In this document: positions 25,392 through 37,196 of the stretch, one piece after another | Numbering within the stretch: the first letter of the stretch is position 1 | How the letters are laid out: each line of letters begins with the position of its first letter | DNA from: Antedon mediterranea | Taxonomy: Eukaryota; Animalia; Echinodermata | Assembly (NCBI RefSeq): GCF_964355755.1 | Contig: NC_092676.1 | Coordinates: forward strand, 22,958,871-23,022,870 | DNA length: 64,000 nucleotides | Direction: 5' to 3' | The notes under the pieces: generated by a model | Databases searched by the model: none | Told to the model about the DNA's origin: nothing | What the model saw: only the letters and a program-made list of their open reading frames with translations | Translations under genes and position numbers: made by a program

Positions 25392-26884
25392 GTGCTGTTT
25401 CACATCTAGTTCCCGTATAGTCAGATGGACAGACACATGTATACATGTTTGTTCCATCGATGCACGTAGCGCCACATGGGTTACTGGAACATTCATTTGT
25501 TGAAGCTGTATACAATTTTATTGATACATTTTTCATTGTTTTTAACTATAACAAATAAATCGTATAATATACGTTTATTTCACAATCAAGATATACGTTA
25601 ATTGTATTTTATTTTAATCATTTGGCATGCTTGCACGGGAGAAAAAGTAGGAAAGCTACTGCTGAAGGACGCGCGGCTCTCAATTCCAATTTTTTTAAAC
25701 AAAGTTGATGCAGACGGTATCTATATATAAATTTACGTAAGGGCATAGGCCTAATTTAGTAAAAGAATTTTCACTTACGTGCTGTTTCACATCTAGTTCC
25801 AGTATAGTCAGATGGACAGATACATACATACTCGTTTGTTCCATCGATGCACGTAGCGCCATTTAAACATGGGTTACTGGAACATTCATTAGTTGAAGCT
25901 ATATGTGTATAACATAATAAATATGTGTTAGCTTTCTTTCATGAACTAAAATAATTCAATGTCATTAATTACTACAGTAAATTATTTAATGTTTTCATAA
26001 TATCACGAAATTTCCATCTCAAATGTCTGTCTGAACCAGATAGGCCTACTATAGATCCAATCAGCAGTGCATATTTCAAATGACTAATGGGACCCCAGCT
26101 CCATATACAGCACCCGATATTCCTACATGTTCTCCCATAAGCTCTAACAAGTCAAACGTTGCTTAACATTGACGGTGATTTGACGAGAACCGATGTTTTC
26201 AATGGAATTGACTGATTATGGTTTAAAAAAATGGAAGAAGTTTACAATATGCATTCATTTATCTAATATTATGATACGCATGATATGTTGTATTATAGAA
26301 TGTGTCTATAGCATAGTCATTTGTAGAGATACAGTACTTAGAGTCGGGTGATGTTCAAATACAGTACCATTTTGTCAAGTAATAAAATAGAAAGTTGTTT
26401 AAATATATTTCCCCTTACGTGCTGTTTCACATCTAGTGCCCGTATAGCCAGATGGACATGAGCAGTCATACCGGTTAGTCCCATCAGAGCATGTACCCCC
26501 ATTCAAACATGGGTTACTCGCACATTCATTTATTGAAGCTATTTGTATAAAATTATAATGTGTTAGCTTTTTTAATTGAACTGAAATAATTCATTTTTAT
26601 TTTATTTTTTATTTTTAAGTACATGAGGCCTAAATCAATCTTAAAATAATAAACAAGAATAAAAATATGATTACGGTTAAGTTAAAAATCAAATATATAT
26701 TATTTTCTATTGGTTCAAAACATTTGTACAGACTATGATCTTGTTTAGTATAAGAAATTATACTTACGTGTTTCACATCTAGTTCCCGTATAGCCAGATG
26801 GACAGATACATACATACTCGTTTGTTCCATCGATGCACGTAGCGTCATTTAAACATGGGTTACTGGAACATTCATTTGTTGAAG
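25392..26884 (-). CDS. EGF exon block copy 2
   Basis: Exons 26768-26884, 26419-26538, 25779-25898, 25392-25505; appears identical to copy 1. Confidence 0.75.
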
Positions 26885-27368
26885 CTATATTATTTGTAAA
26901 ATGTTATAAATATGTTTTAGCTTTTTTTATTAAATTTTTTATTATTAAAATAATTTTAATAATAATTAAAGTAATTGGTTGAAAACTTATGTAAGTTTAC
27001 ATTATGCCTTTATTTATCTAACCTTCTATGATACGCATGAGATATTGTATTATTGAATCAACGAAAAAAGACTTTAAAGTGTTACGAGACAAAATTGTTG
27101 ATTTAATCCAGTTTAATATATTATTATGATCTTATTATGAGCTGCTGGGACGTCCCGTCGAAAGCGACTGAGTTCGCTGTAGGAGTCTCCCCCCCCCCCC
27201 GGGTCTAGCATGTGTGATGTATGTCTTATTGTTTGTTTTGTAAAATCCGGAATACATTGAATTGATACTGAAAAATATATTGTAATTTGTAGAGATACAG
27301 CACTTAGATTAGAATCGGGTGATGTTCAAATACAGTACCGTAGGTATGGAAAAATATGAATTGTGTTG

Positions 27369-27948
27369 GCTAAAATGTTTATGTTAAGAAATGTATGCTA
27401 AAATATGATTATTTTAAGAAATGAATGCTAAAATATGATTATGTTAAGAAATGAATGCTAAAATATGATTATGTTAAGAAAAGAATGCTAAAATAGGATT
27501 ATGTTAAGAAATGAATGCTAAAATATGATTATGTTAAGAAAAGAATGATAAAATATGATTATGTTAAGAAATGAATGATAAAATAGGATTATGTTAAGAA
27601 ATGAATGCTAAAATATGATTATGTTAAGAAATGAATGATAAAATAGGATTATGTTAAGAAATGAATGCTAAAATATGATTGTGTTAAGAAATGAATGCTA
27701 AAATATGATTATGTTAAGAAATGAATGATAAAATAGGATTATGTTAAGAAATGAATGATAAAATAGGATTATGTTAAGAAATGAATGCTAAAATATGATT
27801 ATGTTAAGAAATGAATGCTAAAATATGATTATGTTAAGAAATGAATGCTAAAATATGATTATGTTAAGAAATGAATGATAAAATATGATTATGTTAAGAA
27901 ATGAATGATAAAATAGGATTATGTTAAGAAATGAATGCTAAAATATGC
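27369..27948. repeat. 30-bp satellite, copy in unit 2
   Basis: Same array and same variant order as 23106-23685. Confidence 0.95.
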
Positions 27949-29654
27949 ATGCATCCTTAAGTTTACATAATACGTATAATGATGATGACTTAACCTTTCC
28001 AAAAGTTTGTAACAATATGTTTTCAATGTATAAGGATAGAGATATTATAGTTAACTATATAATATGGTATAAGACAAGGTGTTTGTTCACTTTTTTACAC
28101 TCGGCTAAATGTGTGTAAAACAGGGAGGTATGTGTGTAAAACAGGGAGGTTTATGTCTGTTTGGAATGACATGGTGACCTATTAATCAATGTTTACACAT
28201 TTTAAAGATATTTAAAAAAATCATTGTAGAACCATATAATTATATTATATATTTATATTGATTATTGTACGTGACAAAAAAATATAAATTGATATGGTAA
28301 CAAATATTGAAATACAAACACAATTGGTATATAAATACCTTCTGTTTCTGTTTTTTTTTGGTTCAACAAAAAAGTAATAATTTTACAGTTTAAACTTGGT
28401 CTAAGGAATGTAACAGATTGAGGTGGCTGAAAACAACGTAAAGATACATTGGTTTTAACGTTCTAGTTCTTTAGTTTAAAATGCTTTGAGTTACAATTGA
28501 AGAGTTTGTTGACTTCACAAGGTTTTTACAATGGGGTTCATTCACAATTACCAGTATTTTCAATGACCGGTCGTGACAGAGAGTCAAGTTCCATATTGTT
28601 GTAAATTCAATAGGAATCATGAATAGTGTGCTGTTCAATAGACTCATGGCAATACTATTTTTGGTAATACATCTATCGAAAATACAAGTCAATTTGTTTT
28701 TATATTTCATTGTCAATATTATTATTTCTTCAATGTGTGGGTGAAAGATCTACGTCTATCATAACTTCTTTGAATAGAATAATTTTAATGTAATTGGTGG
28801 TGTATATTAAACTTTCTTCGTTATCATAACTTGTTTTTTTTTAAATTAGAAATAATAAAACAGATCGAATTCAGTATCTACTTTAACCATGAAAAGCAAA
28901 CCTCAAAATTCCTTACAATCTTATTCATTATTATTTAAAATCAAGACAGGGTGAGACTATACAGCATCATAACTCTCTGCCCCGATAAATATATTTCACT
29001 CTTTATTAAAATGGCTTTCCTATCCAATAGTTAGCAATACAAAGTTGTGTAATGCTTTCGGGATCATTCATAGAAAGGAAAACGGAAGAATTAAAAATCC
29101 TAAAAGTTATGTTTAAATGGTTTTAGAATTTTGTCAACAATTGTCAAAAATAAGGAGTGTTCATTCGGCAGACATATAACAAATAATGACCCTGAAACGC
29201 AGACAGTGACACACAAACATGGCAGAACAGAAATAATGAGATATTCTGCTATAGATAGATAATATACAGTCAGTTTCTAAATATATATAGCTGTATTTTA
29301 TTATCGGTAATTTTGTATTTTTACAATTATTTAGAATTTTTATTTGAGAATTAATGTCTATTGAGATTGTTTGTTGAAGCTATATAAAATGTTATATACA
29401 GCGGCTTCCAATTTCAATTGTTTTTTTTTTATAGTGCAGACGGTATATTCGAGTAAAAGAATTTTCACTGAAGCGTGGTTCCCACTAGCGACGCAACGCA
29501 AGGACGTAACGTAACGCAAGTGAATTGACCAATCACAAGCGATGGCTTATTCGCTTGTGATTGCTAACTGTCTATAACTTCGCTTGTCATTGGTTAAAAC
29601 GCTTGCGTTGCGTTTACGTCCTTGCGTTGCGTTCTAGTGGGAACCACGCTTTAC

Positions 29655-31147
29655 GTGCTGTTTCACATCTAGTTCCCGTATAGTCAGATGGACAGACACA
29701 TGTATACATGTTTGTTCCATCGATGCACGTAGCGCCACATGGGTTACTGGAACATTCATTTGTTGAAGCTGTATACAATTTTATTGATACATTTTTCATT
29801 GTTTTTAACTATAACAAATAAATCGTATAATATACGTTTATTTCACAATCAAGATATACGTTAATTGTATTTTATTTTAATCATTTGGCATGCTTGCACG
29901 GGAGAAAAAGTAGGAAAGCTACTGCTGAAGGACGCGCGGCTCTCAATTCCAATTTTTTTAAACAAAGTTGATGCAGACGGTATCTATATATAAATTTACG
30001 TAAGGGCATAGGCCTAATTTAGTAAAAGAATTTTCACTTACGTGCTGTTTCACATCTAGTTCCAGTATAGTCAGATGGACAGATACATACATACTCGTTT
30101 GTTCCATCGATGCACGTAGCGCCATTTAAACATGGGTTACTGGAACATTCATTAGTTGAAGCTATATGTGTATAACATAATAAATATGTGTTAGCTTTCT
30201 TTCATGAACTAAAATAATTCAATGTCATTAATTACTACAGTAAATTATTTAATGTTTTCATAATATCACGAAATTTCCATCTCAAATGTCTGTCTGAACC
30301 AGATAGGCCTACTATAGATCCAATCAGCAGTGCATATTTCAAATGACTAATGGGACCCCAGCTCCATATACAGCACCCGATATTCCTACATGTTCTCCCA
30401 TAAGCTCTAACAAGTCAAACGTTGCTTAACATTGACGGTGATTTGACGAGAACCGATGTTTTCAATGGAATTGACTGATTATGGTTTAAAAAAATGGAAG
30501 AAGTTTACAATATGCATTCATTTATCTAATATTATGATACGCATGATATGTTGTATTATAGAATGTGTCTATAGCATAGTCATTTGTAGAGATACAGTAC
30601 TTAGAGTCGGGTGATGTTCAAATACAGTACCATTTTGTCAAGTAATAAAATAGAAAGTTGTTTAAATATATTTCCCCTTACGTGCTGTTTCACATCTAGT
30701 GCCCGTATAGCCAGATGGACATGAGCAGTCATACCGGTTAGTCCCATCAGAGCATGTACCCCCATTCAAACATGGGTTACTCGCACATTCATTTATTGAA
30801 GCTATTTGTATAAAATTATAATGTGTTAGCTTTTTAAATTGAACTGAAATAATTCATTTTTATTTTATTTTTTATTTTTAAGTACATGAGGCCTAAATCA
30901 ATCTTAAAATAATAAACAAGAATAAAAATATGATTACGGTTAAGTTAAAAATCAAATATATATTATTTTCTATTGGTTCAAAACATTTGTACAGACTATG
31001 ATCTTGTTTAGTATAAGAAATTATACTTACGTGTTTCACATCTAGTTCCCGTATAGCCAGATGGACAGATACATACATACTCGTTTGTGCCATCGATGCA
31101 CGTAGCGCCATTTAAACATGGGTTACTGGAACATTCATTTGTTGAAG
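29655..31147 (-). CDS. EGF exon block copy 3
   Basis: Exons 31031-31147 (CLNGATC rather than CLNDATC), 30682-30801, 30042-30161, 29655-29768. Confidence 0.8.
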
Positions 31148-31599
31148 CTATATTATTTGTAAAATGTTATAAATATGTTTTAGCTTTTTTTATTAAATTT
31201 TTTATTATTAAAATAATTTTAATAATAATTAAAGTAATTGGTTGAAAACTTATGTAAGTTTACATTATGCCTTTATTTATCTAACCTTCTATGATACGCA
31301 TGAGATATTGTATTATTGAATCAACGAAAAAAGACTTTAAAGTTTTACGGGACAAAATTGTTGATTTAATCCAGTTTAATATATTATTATGATCTTATTA
31401 TGAGCTGCTGTAGGAGTCTCCCCCCACCCCCGGGTCTAGCATGTGTGATGTATGTCTTATTGTTTGTTTTGTAAAATCCGGAATACATTGAATTGATACT
31501 GAAAAATATATTGTAATTTGTAGAGATACAGCACTTAGATTAGAATCGGGTGATGTTCAAATACAGTACCGTAGGTATGCAAAAATATGAATTGTGTTG

Positions 31600-32290
31600 G
31601 CTAAAATGTTTATGTTAAGAAATGTATGCTAAAATATGATTATGTTAAGAAAAGAATGCTAAAATAGGATTATGTTAAGAAATGAATGCTAAAATATGAT
31701 TATGTTAAGAAATGAATGCTAAAATATGATTGTGTTAAGAAATGAATGCTAAAATATGATTATGTTAAGAAATGAATGCTAAAATATGATTATGTTAAGA
31801 AATGAATGCTAAAATATGATTATGTTAAGAAATGAATGCTAAAATATTATTATGTTAAGAAATGAATGCTAAAATATTATTATGTTAAGAAAAGAATGCT
31901 AAAATAGGATTATGTTAAGAAAATGAATGCTAAAATATGATTATGTTAAGAAATGAATGCTAAAATATGATTATGTTAAGAAATGAATGCTAAAATATGA
32001 TTATGTTAAGAAAAGAATGCTAAAATATGATTATGTTAAGAAAATGAATGCTAAAATATGATTATGTTAAGAAATGAATGCTAAAATATGATTATGTTAA
32101 GAAATGAATGCTAAAATATGATTATGTTAAGAAATGTATGCTAAAATATGATTATGTTAAGAAATGTATATGCTAAAATATGATTATGTTAAGAAATGAA
32201 TGCTAAAATATGATTGTGTTAAGAAAGGTAATGCTAAAGAATGTTAAGAATCTAATTATGTTTAAGAAAATGAATACGCTAAGAATTTAA
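31600..32290. repeat. 30-bp satellite, copy in unit 3 (different variant order, degenerating rightward)
   Basis: Same monomer, with 31/32-bp variants and decay into unique sequence after ~32220. Confidence 0.93.
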
Positions 32291-32559
32291 TACGCTAAGT
32301 GAATGTGTTAATAACTTTACATTTAAAAAGATGTACTGTATATGTTAAGTTATAAATATTATGAAAAATATATTTTTAGTAATTAAAAAAATAAATAAAT
32401 ACATGAGGAGGTTTTAGGTACGTTTTAATGTGTCTTACCAGTAAGAGAAGAGGACGTGACATCAACCCAGTAAATCGAAAAACTTTGAACAAACGTTGCG
32501 CTGAAAAGAATTGTACGTCATGTTATCTCAATTTGTTCCCTTTGCATTGTCAACTGTGG

Positions 32560-32606
32560 GCCTACTTGTATGTGACCTACTTGTATGTGACCTACTTGTA
32601 TGTGGG
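32560..32606. repeat. 15-bp tandem repeat (cctacttgtatgtga)x3
   Basis: Directly visible; it explains the repetitive ORFs at 32428-32738. Confidence 0.85.
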
Positions 32607-33467
32607 CGAAGTTTATACCATCATAACAACAACTGCAAACCACACTTATTAGGCCTAAGTCACGCGAACATTTACTATGTGAGGCCAGTAACAACAGCTG
32701 ATCTACCATTCACAAAACAAAGTTGTAGTTATTATTGAATATCGATATGGTTTATTGACTAAAATGCATGGATAACTAAGACTGTTATAAGCATGGACGC
32801 GGACATCTACATTAGTTACGGTACACATGCGTAGTTCAGCAGTCACTGAACGGAATGAAAAATGTATGTGGTTCAAGTTGGAGTGTGCATTCTATACTAC
32901 TCTCTAGGCAAAAGATTCGGTATTCTATTATTGGTTGGATATTTTTACAAAAAATAGATTGAATTAATTACTCGTGCAACTAACGTTATGACGTAGTCTT
33001 ATGCCTAATGGATTACAGCTTCTGATACATAGGTGCAGACGTAGTATACTGGGATAATGCCGTAACTGCATTATAATACAACGGCGACCAATGGTGCTTA
33101 ACGTTCATACAAAAATCCCGCCACTTGGCAGGCTCTTAATTGTACCATGGACCTATAAATTTGTAGGTCTATGATTGTACTAAAACAAAGCTAAATTTAC
33201 ATAGGCCTATCCCTTCAACATTATAAGTAATTCTTACAACGCGTAACCTGTGTCTACGTTTATCACCAACTTCAGCATCAAAACATTCGGACATCATCAC
33301 TAGCAGACATACGCAGAAGACAATGGGGTACGGTATGCTGTTCCGCAATTCGAACATGCGCAATAACCATGTAATTAACTTAAATACACATACACAATAT
33401 TACAATGAAAGAAACAAATAATACAAGAATAGATTTACGAATTCCTCGGAATAATAGTCCTACTTAC

Positions 33468-35263
33468 TGGAACTGAATGGAACCAGCACTGTTTGAAGGT
33501 GGTGTCCAAGTATACGTTGCAGTTAATGGCTTTGGATTATTGTTTGAATGGGTAATTCCATCTGCCGTGCTTGAACAAGTCATCTGTCTCGTATCCGGCA
33601 CACCCGTTGTCCATGTTCCAACAGGGGTGGTAGACCCTACTGGACGAGCCTGTAAAAGGATCCCTAAATATTGCGTAGTTCCAGATGCTTGTATCGTAAC
33701 TGTTATATTGAAAAAGACCACAGAGAATTGTATTAAAGTAAAAGTAGTGGAAAATAAAGCCATACTTCGAATTAACTAATATGATCATAGGATGAATTAT
33801 TATTTATTTATAATATTTATAAAAATGTATTTTGTTATGCTGAGTAACAAACTTATATTTTGATTTCACACATTTTGGTTTCTATATTTAATTCATAATA
33901 AAATAAGTATAAATAAAAAAATATACATTTGTCTAGTGAGTTAGTATTTCGGAAGTTAAGTGCGAAGCTTATGATTGGTTAGATTTAGGTTAGCACAGGC
34001 GATTGCAAACCTGACTTTCTAAACTTGATTTTTCTCTATGCTTTTTAAACGCGTATAGAAGACAACGACGTACATTGACCGTTAGAATGTTAGAAAATAC
34101 CCTTTAAATATTGGTTTTATTTTGGATCTTCAAATACAATGCGTTTACAATGTCGTTAAAAATATTCTACATGAGTAGGTATACATTGTCTAGCTACTTT
34201 CGTGTGAGGTTCCTTGCCTACACTTAAAAGAGATGTCGTTTACTTAATAATTATGAGGGCTAAGCAAGCAAACTCAAAGTTAGTACAAGTCGGTAAGAAA
34301 AAGGCTTGTAAGTAGTAATAAGGGCTTTGTGTTTATGGTACTCTTCCATGTTAGGCCTAATGTAAACACGGCTATTCTTTGACAGTTGAAGCAAGAATGG
34401 AGAAAATTAATCTTAACATCTAAACTTAATATTTAAGCAGCAACACGATGTATAAACCGTTTCCATAAGCATGGTTTGCTAAGACGGTGCTTAAAGGACA
34501 CTGATAAAGAATTATAACAATAGGCCTACAATAATAGGCCTAATTTAAGGTACTAGTAACGTTTTTTTTTCGTATTTTTTTTCACTCCTAGTTGAAAACC
34601 GACCTTTTTCCGACGGCATTATTATGTGCGACATGTGGTATACTACTTTACTTGCATATATTTATTGAATATTATTATTTGTTATGATATGGACTTTGTT
34701 CTGAAATAAAAGTGAATTGAATTTATACATTGAATTGTTTGTTATGTTATGCTGTTGCGTCAACGTCTAATCATGGAGGAATTATTTAGAAAAAATAATA
34801 ATTGAATAAAAATATGGGTCTAATCAAATCCAACCATATTTTTTATTATTACAAAAAAAATGTAAAAGTTAGGTCAGCTAAGCCAATGTTCGGGTAATGC
34901 CGTTCACTAGATTAGGAACCAAGAAACCATGAATACACTACAAAATTGTATGCAATGAAAATTATAACTGATAAATTATTAACGATTCTTCACATTATGT
35001 TAATGGCGGAATTAGTTAGATGTAACATCTAACAGTTAGATGAAAAAATACTTAAATAATATACTTGGGTGCTTACCAGATACCGGTTGTCCTGGGAGGT
35101 ATGAAGACACCGAAATAATTGACCACGGACTAGCTGATGTCTGAACGGCAGCACCATGACCAGGTGTTAAACTGGTGCATGCACCTGGGTTTGCACCAGA
35201 TTGGTTTCCTACAACCATTGATATGGAACATAGGCCAAACAGAAGAGCAATTTTGAGATCCAT
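33468..35263 (-). CDS. Secreted Reeler-domain protein, exons 1-2 (35077-35263, 33468-33699); 3' continuation uncertain
   Basis: MDLKIALLFGLCSISMVVG signal peptide followed by GA..GAC.SLTPGHG..VQTS.SPW.I....YLPGQ.VSVTI......YLGILLQAR......VGTW........MTC......THSN..PK.....WTPP......IQF, which are characteristic Reeler motifs. GT-AG phase-1 intron; exon 2 ends in a phase-2 donor CA|gtaagt. Confidence 0.88.
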
Positions 35264-35440
35264 GGTTACTGGTCTGCTGAAACTACCGCTATGCACCTTG
35301 CGAGTGATTCACAAAAAATTTGTCTGTTTTCTGTCTAAAGACGCTTATACGAGTTGTAAAGGTATTGTTAAAGTTTGTTCACGTGTGGATTGCTAAGAAC
35401 AAAGGCAACACCGGTGCAACGTGTACCTGCGAACCAAGAA

Positions 35441-35447
35441 TTATATA
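35441..35447 (-). promoter_or_regulatory. Possible TATA box of the Reeler gene
   Basis: TATATAA on the minus strand ~180 bp upstream of the ATG; weak evidence in AT-rich DNA. Confidence 0.2.
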
Positions 35448-35882
35448 TTACATAATGAATCCAATAATAGGCCAAAAGTAATAATATAGATAAGGATAAA
35501 CATAAACAAAACACCAACGAAAGGGATTTTAGTGGAATAATAATTTAAAAAAAAACCGCAAAACCATAAGAATGGAATCGCCCAAGTTATATAACATTGA
35601 TTTCTCAGCCTGCTAACATAATCATAAAGTCAGACATTACTGTAGTAAAAATTGTTCAACAATTACCTGGCGCAAAGTTTAGTAATAATACACATAAAAT
35701 ATGTTTTACAATATCAGTTTCGGCCTATTCATAAAGAAAATAACACCATTTGCAATGAATATTCGCGCTTTGAAGCAAGATGAGTTTGCTATCTTAATCC
35801 CAAACCCAAAAAATAGTACATACTCAATAAATCATGATGGTCTAACTATCATTTAAAAAGTACCAAAGTATCGCATCAACTA

Positions 35883-37196
35883 TCTATATATAAATTTACG
35901 TAAGGGCAAAATTCGGTAAATCGCGCCTTACTTCTAGAATTTTTACTCGATGGTATATAAAGTTGGTTCGTACTTTCGGTACTGATTTTAACCACCTGAT
36001 GTAACCCTGTTTACTAATTGAATTAAGTTAGATAATTAGTTATTGACGATTAAAACGAATTTAGGTTCAACGATTTGCCCCAAATAGGGGTGTTTTCCGA
36101 CCGTGGTATACACTGTCTAATGGATGTCCATCTTGAAAAATACCCGCCACAAAAATGCGAGGAGGCTTCGCATTTTCCTATCTCCTCCTACGATAATTGT
36201 TTTTAATAGCTGAAAACCGGTTGAACAGCAAGAGTACACCATCATAATGTTGAAGACAGGCCGATTTTCTTTAAAAAATACTATTTTGATAGATTTAATA
36301 TACGATTATACAAATCTATTGATTTGCGATGAATGGAACATCCCAATCTCTCAGTCTGCCAGAGTTTGGTTTAACACAAGTACTGTAGGTAAATTTATGA
36401 GCCCTTGGTTAACACATACGGTAGGTAAATATATGGGCCCTTTGAGAATAAACTTGCGAGATTGTGGATAGGCTCTACTGTTAGATATATAAACACATTA
36501 TTATATACAAATAAACTTTATACTGACAGTTCTTTCTCAACGTTTGTATTAATTAATAATTACCAAATATAAACGTCGTAGTGGTGTATCGTGACATGGT
36601 ACTTTAATATTTCAATCGATTATGACAGTGACAGTTTTAACTAAACTAAATAAAGAATGTTCTCTAATATAATTAGGAATCTCTTGCCATACACGGGGAA
36701 AATTAGTGTACAATGAATATTTAAAATAAATAAATAAATAAATAAAATAAAAAAAGTATTAAATTCGAATGTTTTACTGTATTTAGAGGTATATTATTTA
36801 TAGGCCTATAAAACATGAACAAAATATTTCGTTACTGAGTGGATAAAGAATATTTTTTTAAATTGTTCCTCTTTGTACCTATCCGCTTTCCCATCCCTGA
36901 ACTCTAATGTTACATACAAAACACAAATTAGGTTTCTTTAAATGAGTCCAAATCAAAAACTTGGACTCATTTTGTGATAAGTTTCTCCTTGGGAAGTAAT
37001 TCCCAGGGTGCTAATTTTAGTTGACTACATAAATCATCGTGTCTATTTATTCGTTTCTGTAAACGATAATGTATATAGTCCTGCGGTACGTACATTTGAA
37101 ATCGCCAGTTTTGTTACGCTGAAATTACTGTGTATTCGAGAACCATCTGTGGGCACGACCTAGATGGTACGCGAGCGAAGCGAGCGTACCATCTAG
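35883..37196 (+). mobile_element. Non-autonomous Helitron (1314 bp)
   Basis: 5' a|TCTATATATAAA start; 3' hairpin ctagatggtacgc-gagcgaagcga-gcgtaccatctag ending CTAG|t. Inserted between A and T with no TSD, which are canonical Helitron hallmarks. Pairing of the two ends into one element is inferred. Confidence 0.7.

Larger units (their letters stand above)
19428..32290. repeat. Tandem segmental triplication, 4263-bp unit (19428-23690, 23691-27953, 27954-~32290)
   Basis: Identical ORFs recur at +4263 and +8526 (e.g. 19945/24208/28471). Each internal junction is satellite-gcatgca-tccttaagtttac. Copy 3 diverges only toward its right end. Confidence 0.97.

Noticed and set aside
3327-31147. Calling the EGF exons Notch, Delta/Serrate or fibropellin proper
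   Set aside because: No LNR, ankyrin, DSL, CUB, avidin or transmembrane exons were found, so only EGF-repeat similarity is supported.
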